The position numbers were made by a program, and so were the translations under genes. Positions 54,240 to 64,000 of a stretch of 64,000 nucleotides of DNA are shown here, piece by piece; position 1 is the first letter of the stretch, and the number at the start of each line of letters is the position of its first letter. Source of the stretch: Octopus vulgaris (lineage: Eukaryota); assembly GCA_951406725.2 (NCBI GenBank), contig OX597831.1, forward strand, positions 24,924,001-24,988,000, read 5' to 3'. The notes under the pieces were generated by a model. It saw only the letters and a list, made by a program, of their open reading frames with translations, was not told where the DNA came from and did no database searches.

Positions 54240-54317
54240 GTCTATCTGTCTATCCATCCATCCATCCATCTATCTTATATCATCATATATATATAGATAT
54301 ATATATATGAAGGGTAT

Positions 54318-54466
54318 GGTGTTAGGAAGGGCATCCAGCTGTAGAAACATTGCCAGATAAGACCAGAGCCTGGTGCAGCCTTCTGGCTTCCCAGATCCCC
54401 GGTCGAACCGTCCAACCCATGCTAGCATGGAGAACGGACGTTAAACGATGATGATGATGATGATGA
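54318..54466 (+). mobile_element. 5'-truncated family D element
   Basis: Matches 28448-28602. Confidence 0.82.
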
Positions 54467-54468
54467 TA

Positions 54469-55731
54469 CAGGGGTTGGACCAAAATATTGGAAACACCTT
54501 AAAATTTCAAATAAATTTATGTTAATATGGGGTAGGACCACGTTTGGCAGTAATTACAGCTTGAATTCTACAAGGTATGGACTCATACAAAGTTTGAATT
54601 GTTTCCAAAGGAATTTTTGTCCATTCTTCAGCTAAAACAGTCTCCAGTTCTTGCAGTGATGAGGGTGGAGGATATTGACTCCTTACTTGTTTTTCTAAAA
54701 TGCATCATAAATGTTCGATAATATTGAGATCTGGGGACTATGGTGGCCAAATATGATGTTTAGCTTCACTAGAATATTCCTCATGCCATTCAGTAACAAC
54801 TTTAGCTGTGTGAATTGGAGTATAATCATCCTGAAAGATCATGTTTGCCTCTGGAAACAGTTTGCAACCACAGGATGAATTTGTTAAGATAAAATGCTTA
54901 AATAGTTTTGACAATTAATTCTGCCATGAAGGGAAGCCATTGAGCTGGCGGATTTCCAAGATATATCACCCCAGATCCTCCTCCATGTTTAACAGTTGGA
55001 AGAGGGCAGTCTGGATCAAATGCTCCTTTTGGTTGTCTCTACATGTATACTCGGTTGGTGATCGGAAATGAGGTAAAGGATGACTCATCCGAGAAAATAA
55101 CATTCTTCCACTGCTCTATGGACCAATTCTGGAGGATTTTACTCCAGTCGAAACTCATTGCAATGTTTGTTTTTGAAAGTAGTGGTTTTCTGATTGCAGC
55201 CGTCCTGTGAAATCCGGCTTTGTGCAGCTCCCAGTGAACAGTTCTTGTGGAAACTGGGTTCCTGAGAGGGTCATTAAGCTCTGCAGTAATTCTGGGAGCT
55301 ATTCTTTTGTGATCCTTTCTAACAATTTCGTGTAAGAGTACAACAGTCCCTATCTAAAAGTTTTGGTTTTCTTCCAGAGTTTTGTTTCAATGGGAAAGTT
55401 TTTCCCTCTTTCTCAAAGGCTGTAATTACTTTCAAGACAGTACTTTTGATACACCAAACATTTCAGCTGTTTTCATTACGCTAGCACCTGCCATATGAGT
55501 ACTAACAATTTGGCCTCCTTGAAAGTCCAATAGATCTGTCATTTTAATGAATTTTAATTACCTTTTTCTGATGATAACTGAAAATAAACAGCAATTTTAA
55601 CAAAACATATTAAGCAAAACTAATAATAAATCAAAAAGCACAAAAATAAACAAGCTTTTGACGGTTTTATAGATATTACAATATTATGATGCTATGATGC
55701 TAGGTATTTCCACTATGTTGTCCAACTTATG
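54469..55731 (-). mobile_element. Near full-length Tc1-family (DD34E-type) transposon, transposase pseudogenised
   Basis: TA|caggggttggaccaaaatattggaaacacct ... aggtatttccactatgttgtccaacttatg|TA. Minus strand from ATG at 55542: MTDLLDFQGGQIV..., NSGRKPKL, WKNVIFSDESSF, IFQDDYTPIHTAK, WPP*SPDLNIIEHL, with frameshifts and stops. Confidence 0.93.
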
Positions 55732-56741
55732 TATATTGTTGCCTGTCTCTCTATCCCTGTGTCTGCTTATCTAACTATCTATATCTGTCTGCTATCTACC
55801 TGCCTGTCAATCTGTCTGTATATCTATTAATCTGTCTGATTGTCTATCTGTGTATTATATCTATCAAGCTGCCTGCCTGGCTGTCTGTCTATTCTGTCAT
55901 TCTTTCATTCTATCTATCTATCAGTCTGTATAAATATATATATATAGACTTGATAGACTTCTGTTATTGATTATCATTATCTCATCATCATAATCGTCAG
56001 CATCATCATCATCATTATCATCATCATCATTATTATCATCATCAGCAGCAGCAGCAGCCTAGCATATGCTAATTCAATTAGCAGGAATGTTATCTTGAGG
56101 TTTAGTGACAAGTCTCCTCAAATCTCAAGAATCTTTTTCAGGATTCTTGCAGAATATAAAATGGTTATTGACTGCAGGTTGGCAATGAGAGTCTCAATTC
56201 TAATATCTGCTGTTGTTGCTGATGATGATGATGATGATGGTGATGATGATGGTGATGGTGAGGATGATGATGATGATGATGAATATCATCTCCATCATCA
56301 TCATCATCATTATTTTTAGTTGTAGTACTATTTGTTATACATGTTACCCTATGACATATCTACTGTGAAGTATTAATTCCTCTCCCAAAGTCTATTTTCA
56401 CATTATTTTCCTCACTTTTTTGTCTGTGTAAGCCTAAAAATGACATTTGAAGACACTGCGATACGTAATGCAAACCACTCGACAAAATATGCAAATATCA
56501 CAATCTCATTGTTGTGAAAAAATTTATAAAAATAGTAATAGATGTTGGTTTTAGTTTCCCCCCCACCTCCCATTTGATATTAACAAATCAATGCTAGTAT
56601 TTAGAAAGCTTTTAACCTTTTAAAATTTAAACCAGCCAAACCTAGTAAGGTAGTATCATACATTTATGATGTCCAAAACTAATTTTGTTGACAGACTAAT
56701 TTTGGTAGCAGGAAAACATTCACTACATCACACAGGCAGGT

Positions 56742-56905
56742 CTCTTTTACTCTTTTACTTCTTTCAGTCATTTGACTGCGGCCATGCTGGAGCACTGCCT
56801 TTAGTCGAGCAAATCGATCCCAGGAGTTACTCTTTGTAAGCCTAGTACTTATTATTCTATCGGTCACTTTTGCTGAACTGCTAAGTCACGGGGACACACA
56901 TACAT

Positions 56906-56970
<65 letters not shown>

Positions 56971-57124
56971 CATATATATGACGGGCTTCTTTCAGTTTCC
57001 GTCTACCAAATCCACTCACAAGCTTTGGTCGGCACGAGGCTATAGTAGAAGACACTTACCCAAGGTGCCACACAGTGGGACTGAACCCGGAAACATGTGG
57101 TTGGTAAGCAAGCTACTTACCACA
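56742..57124 (-). mobile_element. SINE family B
   Basis: Reverse complement match, with an internal deletion next to the (CA)n. Confidence 0.85.
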
Positions 57125-57267
57125 GGTGTTGAATGACCCTCAGGAACAAAGGAAATTCATAAAACAAGGTTTCACTATTTAGCAAGACATCATGATATCC
57201 TCATCTCCTCCTCCCTTTTTACCCCTGTATTTCACTCTCTCTCCTCTTCCCCTTTTCTATCTCTGTC

Positions 57268-57352
<85 letters not shown>

Positions 57353-58203
57353 ATACTATAAAGTTAAGGCATAGTTTGTGAGAGGTTTGGTTGTTCTGTC
57401 TAACAGCTTAAATAATTACTTAGAGGCTGCCTCCATTGGCTTGCTGTTGTTTTTGTTATAAAATGAGAAAATTTCTATGGATTTTTGTTTGCTACAGATG
57501 ATTAATTAACACTTCAGTTGATTATAAATGACTAATTAACACTTGAATTAGCTACAAATAGCTGATTAACATTTCATTTAGCTACCTACAAATGACTAAA
57601 TAGCTCACATCATTGGATGACAAATTGCTACCGAAATACTTCAATGAAATAGAAATGAGTGATTGAAATTTTAATGATGATATATGACAGGGTAACAGAA
57701 AAATGAAATGGAAAATAAATATTAAAATAACATTTCTACAATTACAAAAGGAATATTTGCAAGAAAACCCATAAAAATATGAATTACTATGGCCATTGGT
57801 ATAAAAAGCCAAACTCATAATTTATCAGTTAAACTTCCTTATTATGTTCAGGACTGAGCAATAATAATTAATACTACAACTTTATTTGAATATCTAATGA
57901 ACCTTAATTACATTTAGAGTCTCCAATGTTTTTACCTTTATGTGAACTAAATGGAGAACTGAAGAATGGAAACATTGAGGTATAATAGTCCAAATATTTT
58001 TTTTTTTGCTTTTTTTCCGTCAGTATGGAACTCAGTAAGTATCAGAATGGCTGTATCTGTGATTTGAGAAGTCAGACTTGTCACAGAGTCTCATTCTGAT
58101 TCTGTTTTTTAAAACTTATATTCAGTGTTTGTGAGATATTCAACTAATTAACATTTAATTCTATGTAAAAAAAAAAAAAAAAAAAAGCTGTACAGACTGC
58201 TTA

Positions 58204-58465
58204 AATAAAATAAATAAATGCACCCTTTTAAAGCCTAGTTAGGCTCATGGGCTCGGTTTCCCGGTTTCAATGGCGTATGTGTTCCCCAGCTGGATGGGAC
58301 GCCAGTCTATCGCAGCGTTACTCAATTTTGCCAGTTGAGTGGACTGGAGCAACGTGAAATGAAGTGTTTTGCTCAAGAACACAATGCGTCGCCCGGTCCA
58401 GGAATCGAAACCACAATCTTACGATCATGATGCTGACACCCTAACCACTAAGCCACATACCTCCA
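58204..58465 (-). mobile_element. SINE family C-related element
   Basis: tRNA-like head in reverse; 15-bp TSD tgtacagactgctta (58189-58203 / 58466-58480). Confidence 0.88.
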
Positions 58466-59574
58466 TGTACAGACTGCTTATATAACTCAAAATTCTATCC
58501 AATTAGACATTGTGTTGTACTGAGGCTGGTGGAAAATTATATTTAAATATATAGGTGCTGGCATGGCTGTGTGCTTCCCAACCACATGGTTCTGGGTTCA
58601 ATCTCACTGCATGGCACATTGGGCAAATTACTTCTATTATGACGGTAGGCTGACCAAAGCCTTATGAGTGGACTGGTAGACAGAAACTGAAAGAAGCCCG
58701 TCATATATAAATGTATGCATGCAGGTGTGGCTGCTTGGTAAGAAACTTGCAGTCTAACAAGTGACACCTTGAGCAAGTGTCTACTATTATAGCCTTGGGC
58801 TGACCATGCCTTATGAATGGATTGGGGGAAGGAAACTAAAAGAAGCTTGTCATATATGTGTATGTGTGAGTGTATGTGTGTGTGTGTGTGACCCCTACCA
58901 CCACTTGACAACCAATGTTGGTGCATTTAGGTCCCTATAATTTATATGTTCATCAAAAGAGACCAGGAGAGAAAACTCTGGGTTTTAAGAAAATTTTTAG
59001 TGCTGGGGTCAATTTTTTTGACAAAGAATTCTTCAATGGGGTGCCCCAGCTTGGCCACAGTCTAATGACTGAAGCAAGTAAAAGATAAAAGATAAATTAT
59101 ACAAGTGTTTCAGGAATACTGAGACCTGTGCACAAGCGATGCATCGATTTTTGAAACTGTCTTCTCATTATTTTCTTTTAATTATATTTATTGTGCTAAA
59201 TCTTTACACACTCCAAACAATATCCTTTTTGCGGCGAACTGCAAATGATGTTAAAATTCTACCTTTTCATTGGTTAAACAGAGAAACACAAACTGCCAGG
59301 TCTTTAGAGGAAAGAAACTCAGATTGAAAACTGGAATGCATCAGTGTCTGCCTCCTTTCTGCATCTTTGTACTGCTAACCCTCCCCTCCACATACACAGT
59401 TTTGCAAATATGCATACATATACACATACATAGATGCACATGCACACACATACCTATAAACACATACATGCAATTACTCTACTTTCGTGTATGTATACAT
59501 AAACACACAGACACACACACGGAGGCAATTACTCAACTTTCACACACACACAATCTATTTTCACATATGAAAAC

Positions 59575-61090
59575 ACAAACACACACACACATACACATAA
59601 ACACACTAGCAAAATCGCTCCCATTTCACACATTTACATTAAGACAGATGCAGACGACACACACAAACACACACATACACATGCACATACACATAAACAC
59701 ACAAGCAAAATCGCTCCACTTTCACACATTTACATTAAGACACGTGCAGACGACACACACACAAACACACACACATACACACAAACACATGAACACACAA
59801 GCAAAATCGCTCCCATTTCACACATATACATTAAGACAGATACAGACGACACACACAAACACACACACATACACACAAACACATGAACACACAAGCAAAT
59901 ACGCTCCCCTTTCACACATATACATTAAGACAGATACAGACGACACACACAAACACACACACATACACACAAACACACAAGCAAAATCGCTCCCATTTCA
60001 TACATTTTCATTAAGATAGATGCAGACGACACACACATACATATAAACACACACATACACATAAACACACAAGCAAAATCGCTCCGCTTTCACTCATTTA
60101 CATTAAAGCAGATGCAGACGACACACACACAAACACACACACAAACATACACATAAACACACAAACAAAATCGCTCCCATTTCACACATTTACATTAAGA
60201 CAGATGCAGACGACACACACAAACACACACATACACACGCACATACACATAAACACACAAGCAAAATCGCTCCCATTTCACACATTTACATTAAGACAGA
60301 TACAGACGACACACACACAAACACACACATACACATAAACATACACATAAACACACTAGCAAAATCGCTCCCATTTCACACATTTACATTAAGACAGATG
60401 CAGACGACACACACAAACACACACATACACATAAACACACACATGAACACACAAGCAAAATCGCTCCCATTTCACACATTTACATTAAGACAGATACAGA
60501 CGACACACACACAAACACACACATACACATAAACACACAAGCAAAATCGCTCCCATTTCACACATTTTCATTAAGACAGATGCAGACGACACACACACAA
60601 ACACACACACATACACACACATACACATAAACACACAAGCAAAATCGCTCCCATTTCACGCATTTACATTAAGACAGATGCAGACGACACACACACAAAC
60701 ACACACACATACACACGCACATACACATAAACACACAAGCAAAATCGCTCCCCTTTCACACATTTACATTGACAGGTGCAGACGACACACACACAAACAC
60801 ACACATACACACAAACACATGAACACACAAGCAAAATCGCTCCCTTTCACACATATACATTAAGACAGATGCAGACGACACACACACAAACACACACACA
60901 TACACACAAACACATGAACACACAAGCAAAATCGCTCCCCTTTCACACATTTTCATTAAGACAGATGCAGACGACACACACACAAACACACACACATACA
61001 CACGCACATACACATAAACACACAAGCAAAATCGCTCCCCTTTCACACATTTACATTGACAGGTGCAGACGACACATACACAATCACACA
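59575..61090. repeat. Minisatellite, about 16 units of ~80-100 bp
   Basis: Conserved core gcaaaatcgctcccatttcacacatttacattaagacagatgcagacgac separated by variable-length CA-rich linkers. Confidence 0.95.
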
Positions 61091-62445
61091 CGCTAGGAAA
61101 ATCCTCAAATAAATAAGAAATTATGTTTCATTGAATTTCATTCTTTCAGTTTGTATGATTTTTCTTCAATGAAACGTTTCCCCTTTTAAAAGTTGTGTAA
61201 ATTAAATTTATGTATATATGAAAAGACTATTCATCGGCTTTTTGTTGTGGTCGTTGGTAATGATTCACAGTGGATACAACATGGCTATTTACAGCTTATA
61301 CAAAACAGTACGAAACTCATCTCCTTGTGTTTTTGTGTGGAACCTGTATTTGCCTGTTGTGTGTAGATTTGCTTGTCTGTGTTGGCAAGTATAAGTACTT
61401 GTGTATGTATGTATGTGTTTATATTGGCACATGCGTATGGCTCTCCCTCTCTCCCTCTTACTCTCTTTCTCTCTCTGTATCAGTGAAATTAAGTATAAAG
61501 GAGCCATTATGTAAATACAAAGATACGCACACACACATGCATGCATACACACACACACATACACATGTGCACACTCATACACACATACACACACGCTCAT
61601 ATCATCATCATCATCATCATTTAACGTTTGTTGTCCATGCTGGCATGAGTTGGATGGTTTGACTAGGCTGGCACACTGGAAGGCTGTGCCGGACTCCAGT
61701 CTGATTTAGCATGGTTCTCTATGGCCAGACACCCTTCCTAACGCCAACCACTCTGAGAGTGTAATGGGTGCTTTGGTAAGTAGGTATGTATAAATGTATG
61801 TATGTATGTATATATGTATGTATGTAGACCATCTGATATTTCTTGTGAGTTTAGATTTAAAACATATCTTTGTTAATTTTAAACTTCTATAAAACTCTTG
61901 ATGTTTTATAAATTCTAATTTTTATCCAACTATAATAAAAGTTGTGGAAAAATTCTCCAAAAACATCCTCAGGTGAAATGTTCTGGTACTCATAATTAAG
62001 ACTTAGTTTCGACATTCATAGGTATGTCTTTGTGTGTTTCACTTGCCTGAACGTATATCATCCATTAGTTCAGTCTAGAACTGTCTCACATTAATTTCTA
62101 CCCGAACAATAGATGAGAAAAGCATGGGTACCATTTCATTTACACCGGTGTCAACTACGACTGCAATTTTGCTCAAGCTTGATGGGTCTTCTTCTCAAGC
62201 ATGACATAATGCCAAAGGTTTTGGTCATTGCCTCCATGAGGCCCAATACATGAAAGGTGCTCGACCATTTTGCCACCATGAGGCCCAACGCTCGAAAGGA
62301 ACTCAACCACCTCACCTCCGTGAGGCCTGTTCAAGAGGAACTCAGCATCACTCAAAAGGAACTCATACATTTCCCCACAACTACTATAGCTCCGGCTATC
62401 TGAGGTACCACCTGGACACCTCATCACCCCTGTCTATCTCCTTAA

Positions 62446-63064
62446 ACCTTTAGCATTTAAACTGGCCATTTCCAGCCAAAATATTCTACCTGTTTTATGC
62501 TCAAACTGGCCAGATCCAACCTCTCACACCTGCCCTACAATGTCATTCTAAAAATAAACAATCATGGCACAGGAGTGGCTGTGTGGTAAGTAGCTTGTTT
62601 ACCAACCACATGGTTCCGGGTTCAGTCCCACTGCGTGGCACCTTGGGCAAGTGTCTTCTACTATAGCCTCGGGCCGACCAAAGCCTTGTGAGTGGATTTG
62701 GTAGACGGAAACTGAAAGAAGCCTGTCGTATATATGTATATATATGTGTTTGTGTGTCTGTATTTGTCACCCCAACATCGCTTGACAACCAATGCTGGTG
62801 TGTTTATGTTCCCGTTACTTAGCGGTTCGGCAAAAGAGACCGATAGGATAAGTACTGGGCTTACAAAAGAATAAGTCCCCGGGTCTTTTTGCTTGACTAA
62901 AGGCGGTGCTCCAGCGTGGCCGCAGTCAAATGACTGAAACAAGTAAAAGAGAGTAAAAGAGTATGGCATTGAAATCTCAAAGCTATGAGAGAAGGCATGA
63001 TTAATTGAAAACAATGTGAATACATCAGCATTACATTTGACAGAGTAATCTAAATGCTAAAGCA
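62446..63064. mobile_element. TTAA MITE family 2 interrupted by a family B SINE
   Basis: The halves 62446-62565 and 62962-63064 join to match 51651-51870. Confidence 0.8.
62566..62961 (+). mobile_element. SINE family B, full length
   Basis: ggcacaggagtggctgtgtggtaag...ggttcagtccc...ccttgggcaagtg...gtaaaagag. Confidence 0.9.
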
Positions 63065-64000
63065 TTAAAGATACCTCTAATTCATCCTCACATTTTCCTT
63101 CCAAAATGTGAGTAGCCATTTAGTTCCTCTACAACAAGAACCTTCTCTCCTATGACATCTTCCCTCATACTTTAACATCCATCTAACATACAGTGACAGC
63201 ATCCTCTCACCTTGGGTTTGTTGACTTGTGAGGTACATAATGAACACATTAGTGCCTGTGGCATGCAAAACACCCATCCAGTACATGCTGTAAAGTGGTT
63301 GGCATGTGTGTGTGTATGTTTGTGTGTCTGTGTTTGTCCCCCCAACATCGCTTGACAACTGATGCTGGTGTGTTTACGTCCCCTTAACTTAGCAGTTCAG
63401 CAAAAGAGATCCGATAGAATAAGTACCTGGCTTACAAAGAATAAGTCCGGGGGGGGGGGCAATTTGCTTGACTAAAGGCGTTGCTCCAGCATGGCCGCAG
63501 TCAAATGACTGAAACCAGTATAAAAGAGTAAAAGAGAGTAATCATAGTAGTATAGCATCCCTCAATCCTATGAGACAGTTGTTAATACAAAAAAAGATAT
63601 TACAGATTGGTGCAACCTGTTCAACTGCCAGATAGAAACATCCAAAAAATACTTATAGAGAACACTATTAAATTAAAAGCATGCATGCGCCCACCCCCAC
63701 CCCCTAACACACACACACACACACACACACACATGCAAAACACAGGTAGATTGAAGGTTGATTCTTTGATCATTGCAAATCAACACAACAGGTGAAGCTT
63801 TATGATTCTGACAGCCTCCCACACAACATTTTCTCATCTATTGTTCGGGTAGCAATTAATGTGAGACAGTTCTAGACAGAACTAATGGATGATATACGTT
63901 CAGGCAAGTGAAACACACAAAGACATACCTATGAATGTCGAAACTAAGTCTTAATTATGAGTACAAGAACATTTGAGGTGAAGATGTTTTTTGGAGAATT

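Larger units (their letters stand above)
61951..64000. mobile_element. Long inverted-repeat element; right arm runs off the window
   Basis: 61951-62121 is the reverse complement of 63829-64000 with few mismatches. Confidence 0.85.

Noticed and set aside
59139-59327. 62-aa ORF resembling a signal peptide plus RR site
   Set aside because: The hydrophobic part comes from a T-rich tract; I recognise no peptide motif and see no supporting gene structure.
59575-61090. CRISPR-like repeat/spacer array and the 249-aa ORF 59270-60019
   Set aside because: The linkers are homologous CA microsatellite rather than unique spacers, there are no cas genes, and the context is eukaryotic. The ORF is low-complexity repeat read-through.

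Overview
AT-rich, intron-like eukaryotic DNA with no prokaryotic features. It is dense in microsatellites and interspersed repeats: tRNA-headed SINE families, (GAT)n-tailed elements, Tc1/mariner/pogo relics, TTAA-flanked MITEs, a Helitron-type insert, Penelope-type remnants with minimal hammerhead motifs, and long inverted repeats. The repeat mix suggests a cephalopod (Octopus-like) genome, which is my inference from recognition and was not tested. Nearly all ORFs in the supplied track are microsatellite or SINE artefacts. The main signal missing from the track is a chain of phase-compatible minus-strand exons: 33542-33662, microexons of 24, 25 and 18 nt at 26373, 23547 and 20357, and a stop-containing exon at 13154-13315. 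Spliced by hand, they give one open C-terminal protein sequence ending in a hydrophobic tail (GPI-signal or tail-anchor-like) that I cannot assign to a family. A possible small plus-strand spliced unit lies at 40839-41400. All exon calls are manual splice-signal predictions without transcript evidence. Repeat boundaries are approximate unless a TSD or TIR is quoted.
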